DNA from: Gemmatimonadota bacterium | GTDB lineage: Bacteria; Gemmatimonadota; Gemmatimonadetes; Longimicrobiales; Gaopeijiaceae | Direction of reading: 5' to 3' | Length of the DNA stretch: 64,000 nucleotides | Assembly: GCA_039589315.1 (NCBI GenBank) | Contig: JBDHHQ010000003.1 | Coordinates: 32,001 to 96,000 of the forward strand | Part shown: positions 9,943 through 18,950 of the stretch, in pieces | Numbering within the stretch: position 1 is the first letter of the stretch | How the letters are laid out: the number at the start of each line of letters is the position of its first letter | Program-made: the position numbers and the translations under genes | The notes under the pieces: model-generated | Told to the model about the DNA's origin: nothing | Database searches by the model: none | The model's input: the letters and a program-made list of their open reading frames with translations, nothing else

Positions 9943-11137
9943 ATCCGCGTTCGGTCAGGTACGCGAGGTAGGCATCGAAGTTCCGGCGCACTTCGCCGAG
10001 GGAGTCGCCGCCGAACTTCTCCAAGAACGCGTCGGCGATCACGAGCGCCACCATGGCTTCGGCCACCACGGCCGCCGCGGGCACGGCGCAGACGTCGCTG
10101 CGCTCGACTGCTGCATCTCCCGGCGAGCCATCGCGGAGGTCCATGCTGGGCAACCGCTTACGGAGAGTGGAGATGGGCTTCATTGCTCCCCGCACGACGA
10201 GGGGCTCCCCGGTGGTGACACCGCCTTCCAGGCCGCCGGCCCGGTTGGAGGCACGTCCGATCTCACCGACGCGCACCCGCCCGGGTGCCGCCACGATGGG
10301 GTCGTGGACACGGGATCCCGGGGACCTGGCGCCCTGGAACCCCATCCCCAGCTCCACGCCCTTGATGGCCTGGATGGACATGACCGCCCCTGCCAGGCGG
10401 CCGTCCAGCTTCCGGTCCCACGTCACGTAGCTGCCCAGGCCCACGGGCACCCCTGTGACGACGACCTCGAAGGTGCCACCGAGCGTGTCACCGGCCTCCT
10501 TGGCGGCGTCGATGGCCTCCACGATCCGCGCGTCGGCCGCGGGATCCAGCGTCCGGACGGGCGACGCGTCCGCCACCTCGTTGAGCTCTCCGGGCAGCTC
10601 CGGCGGCGGCGCGGCCTCGATGTCGCCGATGGCGGTGACGTGGCTCCCGATCCGGATGCCGAATTCGTGGAGCAGCCTTCGGGCCACCGCGCCGCAGGCG
10701 ACGCGCGCCGCCGTCTCCCGCGCGCTCGCACGCTCCAGGATGTCCCGCGTGTCCCGGCGGTCGTACTTGAAGATTCCCACCAGATCGGCGTGACCGGGCC
10801 GCGGCAGGTACTGGGAGCGGAGCGCCTTCGGGTTGACGTCCTCGGCCGGGGGCAGCGGGTCCATCGCCGTGGTCCAGTTCTCCCAATCCCGGTTCCACAC
10901 CAGCATAGCAATGGGGGACCCCAGAGTCTCCCCCAGACGGACGCCAGAGATGAGGTCGGCCCGGTCCGCCTCGATCTGCATGCGGCGGCCACGGCCGTAG
11001 CCCTGCTGCCGGCGTCGAAGATCCGGATCCACATCCCGCTCTACGACGAGCTCGAGGCCGGCGGGGACGCCCTCGATGTAGGCGAGGAGACCCCGCCCGT
11101 GGGATTCACCAGCCGTGTGGAACGTGATGGCGTTCAC
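9929..11137 (-). CDS. aroC: chorismate synthase
   Basis: TAGESHG, RRQQGYGRGRRM, PRPGHAD, ERASARETAARVA, NRAGGLEGG, MKPISTL, ERSDVC. Confidence 0.97.
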   Translation of the reverse strand: MNAITFHTAGESHGRGLLAYIEGVPAGLELVVERDVDPDLRRRQQGYGRGRRMQIEADRADLISGVRLGETLGSPIAMLVWNRDWENWTTAMDPLPPAEDVNPKALRSQYLPRPGHADLVGIFKYDRRDTRDILERASARETAARVACGAVARRLLHEFGIRIGSHVTAIGDIEAAPPPELPGELNEVADASPVRTLDPAADARIVEAIDAAKEAGDTLGGTFEVVVTGVPVGLGSYVTWDRKLDGRLAGAVMSIQAIKGVELGMGFQGARSPGSRVHDPIVAAPGRVRVGEIGRASNRAGGLEGGVTTGEPLVVRGAMKPISTLRKRLPSMDLRDGSPGDAAVERSDVCAVPAAAVVAEAMVALVIADAFLEKFGGDSLGEVRRNFDAYLAYLTERGYGER

Positions 11138-11257
11138 ACCCTGCTCTCGCGTGTCGGGTCTGCTGGATCGGGCATGCGGAGGCGTCGTGGGCCGGACCGG
11201 GATCGGCCCGTCCTCTCACCGGTCGGTGGAAGAAACCCCGGTTGGGCTCGAAGTCAG

Positions 11258-11286
11258 GATATAGCCAGAACCCCGGCGGTCGTCCA
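11258..11286 (-). promoter_or_regulatory. candidate sigma70 promoter for aroC
   Basis: minus strand TGGACG-17 bp-TATATC ~120 nt upstream of aroC. Confidence 0.35.
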
Positions 11287-11312
11287 CCGCCGAGGCCTCG
11301 GGCAGACGAGTC

Positions 11313-11337
11313 CCGGCGCCCGGGATCCGGGCGCCGG
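11313..11337 (-). terminator. perfect 11-bp inverted repeat just downstream of the lipoprotein stop (terminator-like, no U tract)
   Basis: CCGGCGCCCGG-GAT-CCGGGCGCCGG. Confidence 0.5.
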
Positions 11338-11351
11338 TCGCGGATTCGGGT

Positions 11352-14087
11352 CTACAACCGCGCAGGATGCTCCCGGAGGATGTCGCCCTTCCGGACGTCC
11401 ACCACGACGACGCCACCGTTGGAGGTGATCCCGAACAGCTTGATCACCACGCATCGGTCGTCGGTCGGCCCGCCATCCGGCGGATACGGGATGGTGCCCT
11501 GCTCGTCCGCGAAGATGTCCACGGCCTGGCCGATGACCTGGCCGGTGCCGTTGAGTACCGTCTTCGACTGGCACTGGAACGCCGCGTTGTCCTCCGGGAA
11601 CGGCAAGACGGCCCGGAGCGGCCCGGCCACGACGTCCTTGATGAACAACCGACCCACCCGGTTGAAGTGGAACGCGTCCACGATGTCGATCGTGCCCTGA
11701 CCGGTCCCCAGGAAGGCCAGATGGGTGTCCGGATCGTACCGACCGCTCAGGTTCTCCCGTGAGGGATAGTTGGCGTGCAACGGATGGAGCGCCGCGCCCG
11801 CGCCGCCGGCTGGTAGATCGGCGACGCCCTGGAGCCGCAGATCCCGGGAGAAGAAGTACCCCTGGAAGCCCCGCGCCACGCCCAGCGTGCCGTCGTGGTT
11901 CAGGGAGACGCCCCGGACGGTCTCGCTGGCGTTCGTCAGGAGGTCGGTGACGGGGATCACGCCACTCAGGCGGTCCGTCGACGCGTCGTACATGATCACC
12001 CGACCAATGGGCTCGATGGAGCCCTCACCGAACACGACCCAACCACGGTCCCCTGACGCCGCCACGAATGTCGTGTCATGGAAGCCGATGTTGGGCACGC
12101 TCCAGCGGCCGGAGAAGATCTCGACGTCCGAGCCCAGAGCACGGGCCGACGACGCGGCCAACTCGATGAGCTCGGGCGGATCGTTGGCGATCACGTCGGT
12201 CGTGCCGGGCGTGTGATCGAAGATGGTGGCCAGGTCGTTCAGCGGCGTCGACGTGATGCCGATGTTGTCCACGTTGGCCACGGCCACGAAGTCCGGCGCG
12301 TCGATCAAGTCGCCGTGCTCGTAGAAGAGCCTGACCTCGACCAGGTTCTGCCCGGTGGGCACCCACGCCCGCCGAATCGTGCCGAAATCACCCGCCAGGG
12401 TGGTCTTCGTGGAGTACAGCACGCGGCCGGTGGAGTCCACCGCCATGAACTGGGGCCGATCACTGAAGCCGGGCGGTGACGCGTCCGGATGGAAGGTCAC
12501 GCGGTAGCGCAGAGCACCGATGTCGTCCACGCGCCGCTCGACGTCGAACAGCACGACGTCCGGGGTCACGATCCGACGGCCCGGGTCCTCCACGTGGTCG
12601 GCGTAGGGCGGATTCAGGTTGACCGGAGGTCCGAGGTAGACGTTGGAGATGTTGGTCCCGCCCGAGTTGGCCACCAGGAGCGTGTCCTCGCCCCGGTTCA
12701 ATTCCAGCCCCCACGGCTCGGAGCCCACGGGAATGGCCGGCAGGAAAGACTCGCTCTGGAGCCCGAAGATCTCGATCTGATCGCGATCGTGGTTCGACAG
12801 GAAGAGGCTGCGGCGGATCGTGTCGACCTCTGCGTCCAGGATCAACCCACCCGCTGGCAAGAACACCGTCCGACCGGCCACGATGGATCGCACGAGTCGC
12901 TCGCCGGCACGTTCCTGCGCCGCGATCTGTCCTCCGGGCAGAGTCGTGCACGGCAGACGCTCCGGTGCGGCACCGCCCACCGACGCCGCGCAGTTTCCGT
13001 TTCCGTCCACCATGTAGCCCGTGACCTCGAACACCAGCGTGTCCGGTAGGGCCAGCGAATCCACGTTGAACGGTGTGAACTGGAAGTTCGTGACGACGTT
13101 GCCCGTGCGAGGTGGCGTGTAGATCTGCTCGTCGCTCTGGATGAGGGTGTCCCCCCGGATCGGCGAGATGGCCAGAACCGTGTAGCCAGCCCGCGACACG
13201 CCGCTGCCCGAGTTGTTGTCCACGCCGCTCACCGTGACGTTCACCGGGTCCTTCAGCTCCATGCGGATCTCGGACGTGGCCGACGAAAGGACCTCGGGCG
13301 GCTGGGTATCGCCGGCGCCGGAGGAACCGACATTGAGCGTGAACGGACCGGCGAAGCCGAGGAGGTCCAGCGTATTGCGGGCGGAGGCCACGAGGCTGAT
13401 CGCCCCGGTGGTGCCTGCCGGGATCACGACGACGGTGTCCATCGCCGCTGAATCCACGGGAGGGTTGAACGACTTGACGATGGTCTCCTCGAAGGCACCC
13501 GTGACGTCGATCTGGAGCTGGAGGATCCCGTCCGGATCCGTTCCCCGGACCCTGACGGAGAGGCTCAAGCCGGCCTGGACCGACTGTCCGTCTTCGATAT
13601 CCAGCACCTCGACCTTGGTGCCCCCGATGAGGATCTTGGCCGTATCGGCGGCGACGGCCCCGTCCACGTCCTTCGCCGCGACGACGACGAAGACCTGCTC
13701 GCGCGTCTCGTCGGAGGTCGGCATCAGGAAGCGACTCAGCAGGGTGTCCGACGCCACGCCCTGCAAGTTGGCCGTCTTCGTCGTGAAGCGGGGGATCAGC
13801 TCTTCGGTGCCCAGATCCGGGTCTCCCCGGACGGCGAAGCCCTCGTAGACCACTTCCGTGATCCCCCGCCCCGCCCGGACCCGTGCGGTCACGAGCAGGG
13901 AGTCACCCAGGGACTGGGTGCTGGACTCCGCGGACGGCTCCTCGATGTCGACTGTCACGTCCGTGGACGTGTTGACGACGGTCCCGCCGGAAAATGCGTT
14001 GTCACCGGTGCACGCAGCCGCCGCGAGGGCAGCCACACCGGTCGCCAGGCCGGCACGAAGCCGGCCGATCTTGCTGAATCGGCACAT
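11352..14087 (-). CDS. large lipoprotein: Ig-like beta-sandwich repeats followed by a YVTN/YncE-like beta-propeller
   Basis: basic N-terminus, hydrophobic stretch, lipobox LAAAA-C26; beta-rich N-half; IPVGSEPWGLELNRGEDTLLVANSGGTNIS YVTN-type blade; 24 nt after pilQ. Confidence 0.75.
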   Translation of the reverse strand: MCRFSKIGRLRAGLATGVAALAAAACTGDNAFSGGTVVNTSTDVTVDIEEPSAESSTQSLGDSLLVTARVRAGRGITEVVYEGFAVRGDPDLGTEELIPRFTTKTANLQGVASDTLLSRFLMPTSDETREQVFVVVAAKDVDGAVAADTAKILIGGTKVEVLDIEDGQSVQAGLSLSVRVRGTDPDGILQLQIDVTGAFEETIVKSFNPPVDSAAMDTVVVIPAGTTGAISLVASARNTLDLLGFAGPFTLNVGSSGAGDTQPPEVLSSATSEIRMELKDPVNVTVSGVDNNSGSGVSRAGYTVLAISPIRGDTLIQSDEQIYTPPRTGNVVTNFQFTPFNVDSLALPDTLVFEVTGYMVDGNGNCAASVGGAAPERLPCTTLPGGQIAAQERAGERLVRSIVAGRTVFLPAGGLILDAEVDTIRRSLFLSNHDRDQIEIFGLQSESFLPAIPVGSEPWGLELNRGEDTLLVANSGGTNISNVYLGPPVNLNPPYADHVEDPGRRIVTPDVVLFDVERRVDDIGALRYRVTFHPDASPPGFSDRPQFMAVDSTGRVLYSTKTTLAGDFGTIRRAWVPTGQNLVEVRLFYEHGDLIDAPDFVAVANVDNIGITSTPLNDLATIFDHTPGTTDVIANDPPELIELAASSARALGSDVEIFSGRWSVPNIGFHDTTFVAASGDRGWVVFGEGSIEPIGRVIMYDASTDRLSGVIPVTDLLTNASETVRGVSLNHDGTLGVARGFQGYFFSRDLRLQGVADLPAGGAGAALHPLHANYPSRENLSGRYDPDTHLAFLGTGQGTIDIVDAFHFNRVGRLFIKDVVAGPLRAVLPFPEDNAAFQCQSKTVLNGTGQVIGQAVDIFADEQGTIPYPPDGGPTDDRCVVIKLFGITSNGGVVVVDVRKGDILREHPARL

Positions 14088-14111
14088 AGCTCTCTTCCCC
14101 CCGGATCCTCG

Positions 14112-15869
14112 TCAGTTCGTCTGGACGATGTGCGGGGTCACCAGGATCATGAGATCCCGCTGGATCGTCTGCTGCCGGGTCACCCGGAAAAGGGGCCCGA
14201 GGATCGGGAGATCCATCAGAAGTGGAATCCCGGACCGGTTCTCGGTGGCCTCCGTCACGGTCAAGCCGGCGAAGACGACGGTTTCACCGTCCTCCACCAG
14301 CACCCTCGACTCGGCCTCCTGCGTGCGGAAGATCACGCCCGCGTCGGAGTCGGCGAGCTCGGCGGCGGAGCGTTCGGCTCTCACCTCCAGCAGGATGTTG
14401 TCACCTGCGGTCACGTGAGGCGTGACTTCGAGGATGATACCGGTCTCTTCGATCTGTACGGTCGCCTGAGGCACGGTGGCCGCCTGGCCACCCCCGCCGC
14501 CGCCCCCACCACCGACTACGCTGGTTCCCTGGTCGATCACCCGGATGGGGGTACGCTCGCCCACGAGAATCCGGGCTTGCTGGTTGTCCATCACCGTGAG
14601 GGACGGCGCCGCCTGGATGTCGCTCAGGTTCACCGCCTCGAGGGCCTCGATGAAGCCGATGAGCGTATGCCGACCGATCAAGAGGGAGGTCAACAGCGTG
14701 AGCGTGGGGCTGGGAACCCGGTTCCGCGCGTTGCCCAGAGCCGCGATGGAGTTGCCTCCGAGGGAGACCACGTCCGTTCCGATGGGAACCTGTTCATCGG
14801 GCAGGTCGATCTGCCCGTTGCCGTCCAGATCTGCCGCACCCGGGGTGATGGAGTTGAGCTGGTTACCTCGGGAGTCCTTGAGGTCGTAGGTGACCCCGAA
14901 CTCGAGCAGATCGGTGCGCTGAACGAAGATGATCTTGGCCGCGATGCTCACCTGCGGCGTCTCGATGTCCAACTCGTCCACCAGCTCCGCGACGGACGCG
15001 ACGACCCGAGGTAGATCCGTGACCACGAGCGTGTTGTTGGCCTCGCTCACGGAGACCCGACCTCGCTCCGAGAGGAGCGCCGATACGGGCAGCTGCAGCT
15101 CGCTGGCGGTGGCGAAGTTGACCCGGTACGTCTGGGTCACCAGCGGCTCGATCTGTTCGCGAACCGAGAGATTCTGAATGTTGTCGACCCGGATGATCCC
15201 GGTCTCGAGCTCACTGGCCACGAGGCCGTGAGACTCGAGGATCGTCTGGAGCGCGATGTCCCACGGCTGGCTCCGGATGTCGGCGGACACCAGGCCGATC
15301 ACGTCGGACCCCGGGACGATGGAGCGACCCGAGTACTCGGCGAAAGCGAAGAGCACGTCCCGAATGGGCGTGTTGCTGAACGAGATCGTGATGGCCGGCG
15401 CCCGCTGCTGCGGCGGGGGGCTAGCCGTGGCGAGGCGTGCACCCTCCTCGGACCGGTCTTCCCGAACCTCGGACGTGCGCGTCACCGAGCTCCACGGTTG
15501 GAAGCTGGCGCCCGGACTCTCGACAGCGATCCGGATGTAACCCGTGCCCCTGACGATCTGATAGGGCCGAATCTCCTCGAGCTCCAGCACGACCCGGACG
15601 ACGTCCTCGGAGTACTGGCTGGTCCGCACCGCGAGGACACCACCACGGTTGATGCCCAGAAAGTCGTCCCGCGGCAGGTCGTGGGTGGTCCCCATGAGAT
15701 CCAGGACCAGACGGTTGGGGGCCTGCAGCGTGAAATCCCGATAGGTCACGTCGCCGTCGACGGCGATGATGACCTCGGCGTGATCAGCCGTGGGATGGAT
15801 GCTGATGCCGGTGACCGCGCCGCCGCCGCCCAGCAGCAGGCCGGCCCACAACGTCAGGATGGAGCTCAT
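14112..15869 (-). CDS. pilQ: type IV pilus secretin PilQ (AMIN + N domains + secretin)
   Basis: AMIN (FTLQAPNRLVLDL, VRVVLEL), ISFSNTPIRDVL, LDIETPQVSIAAKI, APSLTVMDNQQARI, GIILEVTPHV, GIPLLMDLPILGPLF, LMILVTPHI. Confidence 0.93.
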   Translation of the reverse strand: MSSILTLWAGLLLGGGGAVTGISIHPTADHAEVIIAVDGDVTYRDFTLQAPNRLVLDLMGTTHDLPRDDFLGINRGGVLAVRTSQYSEDVVRVVLELEEIRPYQIVRGTGYIRIAVESPGASFQPWSSVTRTSEVREDRSEEGARLATASPPPQQRAPAITISFSNTPIRDVLFAFAEYSGRSIVPGSDVIGLVSADIRSQPWDIALQTILESHGLVASELETGIIRVDNIQNLSVREQIEPLVTQTYRVNFATASELQLPVSALLSERGRVSVSEANNTLVVTDLPRVVASVAELVDELDIETPQVSIAAKIIFVQRTDLLEFGVTYDLKDSRGNQLNSITPGAADLDGNGQIDLPDEQVPIGTDVVSLGGNSIAALGNARNRVPSPTLTLLTSLLIGRHTLIGFIEALEAVNLSDIQAAPSLTVMDNQQARILVGERTPIRVIDQGTSVVGGGGGGGGGQAATVPQATVQIEETGIILEVTPHVTAGDNILLEVRAERSAAELADSDAGVIFRTQEAESRVLVEDGETVVFAGLTVTEATENRSGIPLLMDLPILGPLFRVTRQQTIQRDLMILVTPHIVQTN

Positions 15870-16369
15870 GGAGTGCCTCCTTCGTTCGGTCGCGGCAGCG
15901 CCATGATGCGGCGCTCCGTGAGGCCGAACTCCTCGACTTCGACGGTGATCTGTAGGCGCTGGATTTCCAGGACGCGCGTGTTGCCCAGTACGTCTCCCCG
16001 GTGTAGCCGGAACGTCTCGATCTTCTGACCGGCAGCGGCTTCCGTGTCGGCGGATACGCCGTTCTCGTCCACCTCCGGCATCTCGCCGACCCCGAACAAG
16101 ACCACGCTATCGGTGGGATCATCGGCCATGATGATCCCGAGCAGGTGTAGCTGCTCGAACCGCGGACCCCCGGCTTCGGCCGTGACGAGGGGTCGGAAGG
16201 GATTTCGCCGCTCGAACTGGGGATACGTGAACATCTCACGCTCGAACGAAAGCTGGACTGCCGTGTCGGCCGCCTGATCCCGCTGGGCGACTTCGTCCTG
16301 CGCCTCTGCTCCCGGTGCCGTCAGCATGACAGCAGGGATCAGGAACCGCAGCATCGTGCTCGGTCTCAT
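15866..16369 (-). CDS. pilP: PilP-like pilus assembly protein
   Basis: position between pilO and pilQ with ATGA overlaps at both ends; signal peptide; YPQFERRNPFRP and LHLLGII PilP-like motifs; no lipobox Cys. Confidence 0.65.
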   Translation of the reverse strand: MRPSTMLRFLIPAVMLTAPGAEAQDEVAQRDQAADTAVQLSFEREMFTYPQFERRNPFRPLVTAEAGGPRFEQLHLLGIIMADDPTDSVVLFGVGEMPEVDENGVSADTEAAAGQKIETFRLHRGDVLGNTRVLEIQRLQITVEVEEFGLTERRIMALPRPNEGGTP

Positions 16370-16992
16370 TCGCTGACTGCTCCCGGCTGTGCGGGCTGCG
16401 GGACGTCCGGAGGCACCTCTCCTGGCCCGGGCAGGACATAGGTCTGGATGCGGAAGCGGGCCGTGACGGCGGCGTCGTAGTCGATCGCCTCCTCGTCTCC
16501 GTCGAAGAGGGTGAGGTCGAGGTCCACCGGAGTGACGATCCGTGGAAGCGACGCGACGGACGTGAGGAAGCGACCCACATCGTGGTACTCGCCGATCACG
16601 CCGATCTCGTAGCTGCGTTTCGTATAGAAGGCCCCCGTCTCCGCAGGCTCCGGCCGCATGAGCGCCAGATCGATGTCGGACCGCCGTGCCTCCATCGCCA
16701 TGTTGTTCAGGAGCGCGGGAACCTCGTGACTCCGGGGGATCAACGTTTCCAGGGTGGCCACATGGCGCTCGTAGAGCGCAAGCCGCTCGATGAGGTCCTG
16801 GGACCCCCGCGCGGCGACGATCTGGGCCCGGCGGTTCGCGCTCTCCAACTGCTCGAGACGGGCCTGCATGGCGTCGGTGTCTTCCCGCTTGGGCGTATAC
16901 CACGAGTCGTAGAAGAAGTAGAGGCCCGCGCCAACGATAAAGAAGATCAACAGTGCAGCCCTCTGCGTCGGCTTCTCTGGAATCAGCGCCAT
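16366..16992 (-). CDS. pilO: type IV pilus alignment protein PilO
   Basis: N-terminal TM, coiled coil, LIPRSHEVPALL, GEYHDVGRFLTSVASLPRIV. Confidence 0.93.
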   Translation of the reverse strand: MALIPEKPTQRAALLIFFIVGAGLYFFYDSWYTPKREDTDAMQARLEQLESANRRAQIVAARGSQDLIERLALYERHVATLETLIPRSHEVPALLNNMAMEARRSDIDLALMRPEPAETGAFYTKRSYEIGVIGEYHDVGRFLTSVASLPRIVTPVDLDLTLFDGDEEAIDYDAAVTARFRIQTYVLPGPGEVPPDVPQPAQPGAVSE

Positions 16993-16995
16993 CGG

Positions 16996-17679
16996 TCAGT
17001 CCAATCCGGCGAGGGTGTCCATGTCGCCCTGCCCGAGCAGCGGCACGGTCTCGATGAGCTCCGGCGGCGGCACCTCGTACGAAGCCTCCAGCGTGAAGTC
17101 GTGGACCGTCGTTACGCCGGACAGGCCTTGATCGCGCTCCACGACCTGCTCCGTCGTCACGAGCTCGACGCCGCGGATGAACGGAGAGGCCTCGAGGTTC
17201 TCCATGAAGCGGGTCAACGCGAAGTTGTTGCCGCTCCGTCCCTGGACGCGGAAGTCGGGCTGCTCGGCCGCACCGACCTGGATGATGCCGCTGAGCCACG
17301 TGTAGTCCGGAAGCGCCCGCGCCACCTCGTCCAGCACGTGGGGCCACACGTAGCGGCCCTGGTCGATGCCCTGGATGATCGCCACGCGGGTGGCGATGGA
17401 ATCGCGCCGGGCGATGAGGGCCTCGTTGCGCTGGACGATCTCGGCGTAACGGGCCGAATCGGCGACGGCCGCCTCCGTTTCTACGGTCAACTCCTCCCGC
17501 TCGCTCCGGATGCCGAAGAAGAGCGTCGCGGCGTATCCGATGCCGAGGGCCGCCAGGGCGATGGCGCCCATGAACCAGCGATCCCCCCCCACACCCCGCA
17601 TCCTCGGGAGAGGGATCTTCCTCCGAGCGCCGGGCGCGGCGCTCCGCTTGCCGCCTGGTAGCAGGTTGACCTTGATCAA
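16996..17679 (-). CDS. pilN: type IV pilus alignment protein PilN
   Basis: IKVNLLP PilM-binding motif, TM, WPHVLDEVARALPDYTWL, FMENLEASPF. Confidence 0.93.
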   Translation of the reverse strand: MIKVNLLPGGKRSAAPGARRKIPLPRMRGVGGDRWFMGAIALAALGIGYAATLFFGIRSEREELTVETEAAVADSARYAEIVQRNEALIARRDSIATRVAIIQGIDQGRYVWPHVLDEVARALPDYTWLSGIIQVGAAEQPDFRVQGRSGNNFALTRFMENLEASPFIRGVELVTTEQVVERDQGLSGVTTVHDFTLEASYEVPPPELIETVPLLGQGDMDTLAGLD

Positions 17680-17698
17680 GGCTCGATCGTCCTCTGGC

Positions 17699-18736
17699 TT
17701 AGGCTGCCCTGAGGGCTAGTCCGAGTGGGAGGAGGAGCATCGGTGCGGCCTCCTCCAGGTCCAGATCCAGCCCGGCATCCGGGTGGACCGGCGTGCGCTC
17801 GAATGGATTCACCACCCTGGTTTCGACACCCATGCGGCGTCCCAGCGCCTCCGCCATGCCGGGAACGCGCGCGCCGCCACCACTGAGGTGGATGCGACCG
17901 AGGTTGGATCCCGCCTGCCGGGTCATGAGAAAGGCGGAGGCGCGCTCGATTCCGACCGCCACCTCTTCGGCGCTGGCTTCGACGAACGTCTCCAGGCCCT
18001 CGATCCGCTCGTGGCCCCGGACCACTGCCTCGGCCTGGTTGGCCGAAAGGCCCCGCTCCCGCTGGAGGTCCTCCCGGATGCGGCGAGAACCGAAGGGGAT
18101 GTCCCTCGTCAGGATGGGGATCCCACCCTCGAGGATGTTCACGTTGGTGATCTCGTGCCCCACGTTGACCAGCGCGACGATCCCCCGCATCGCCTCCGGG
18201 TAGTTGTGCTCGAACGCGTTGTGAAGCGCGAAGGCGTCCACGTCGATCACTCCGGGCGAGAGGCCCGCGGTCTGTAGCAGAGACACCTTGTTCTCCACCA
18301 GCTCGCGTTTCGCGGCGACCAGGAGCACGGCCATCTGGAGGCCTTCCGATTCGGGATCGAGGATCTGGAAGTCCAGCTCCACGCTCTTGATGTCGAAGGG
18401 CACGTGCTGCTCGGCCTCCCAGCGGATGACCTCGCGCGCGTCCGCCTCCTTCATCCGGTCCATCTCGATCTTCTTGATGATGACGTCGTGGCCACCGATG
18501 GCCGTCACGAGCTCGGGCCGCTTGAGCCCGAGATCCTGGAGGAGGGCGCGGAGCGTTTGGACGACCACGTCGGGATCCATGACCTCGCCCTCGACGATCG
18601 CGTCGGCCTCGAGAGGCCTCATCGCCACCCTGGTCACCTCGGGCTGATCGCCCGAATGGTCGACCTCGACCAGCTTTATGAACCCACTGCCGATGTCGAT
18701 GCCCACAGAGGTCTTCTTCCGCCCGAACAGACCCAT
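17699..18736 (-). CDS. pilM: type IV pilus actin-like protein PilM
   Basis: VGIDIGSGFIKLVE, WEAEQHVPFD, LLVAAK, IDVDAFAL, LSGGGA, LGLALR. Confidence 0.95.
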   Translation of the reverse strand: MGLFGRKKTSVGIDIGSGFIKLVEVDHSGDQPEVTRVAMRPLEADAIVEGEVMDPDVVVQTLRALLQDLGLKRPELVTAIGGHDVIIKKIEMDRMKEADAREVIRWEAEQHVPFDIKSVELDFQILDPESEGLQMAVLLVAAKRELVENKVSLLQTAGLSPGVIDVDAFALHNAFEHNYPEAMRGIVALVNVGHEITNVNILEGGIPILTRDIPFGSRRIREDLQRERGLSANQAEAVVRGHERIEGLETFVEASAEEVAVGIERASAFLMTRQAGSNLGRIHLSGGGARVPGMAEALGRRMGVETRVVNPFERTPVHPDAGLDLDLEEAAPMLLLPLGLALRAA

Positions 18737-18786
18737 TCAGCTCTCACAGTGATAAGTAAACAAATTTTTCTCAAAATCTTGGGTGC

Positions 18787-18816
18787 AGCATACTGCCAGA
18801 ATGTCAATAAAGTCAA
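18787..18816 (-). promoter_or_regulatory. candidate sigma70 promoter of pilMNOPQ
   Basis: minus strand TTGACT-18 bp-TATGCT within a strikingly AT-rich intergenic island (~18750-18890). Confidence 0.55.
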
Positions 18817-18852
18817 GACTTTTCTCCATTATCGACCATTCTAGAAGATTAC

Positions 18853-18865
18853 TAAACATTTGATT
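18853..18865 (-). promoter_or_regulatory. IHF-like binding site upstream of pilM
   Basis: minus strand AATCAAATGTTTA is a perfect match to WATCAANNNNTTR. Confidence 0.55.
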
Positions 18866-18950
18866 CAAAACTCCCTGATAACGCACGCACTCATCAAGCT
18901 CCCGCGCGGTCCGGGGAACCCCTTCGCTACGGGACCCCCGACCCGACACC

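Noticed and set aside
18737..18949. 70-aa ORF in the AT-rich region; also checked for a dif site
   Set aside because: Atypical composition and overlap with promoter/IHF motifs argue against coding; no XerC/XerD dif consensus seen.
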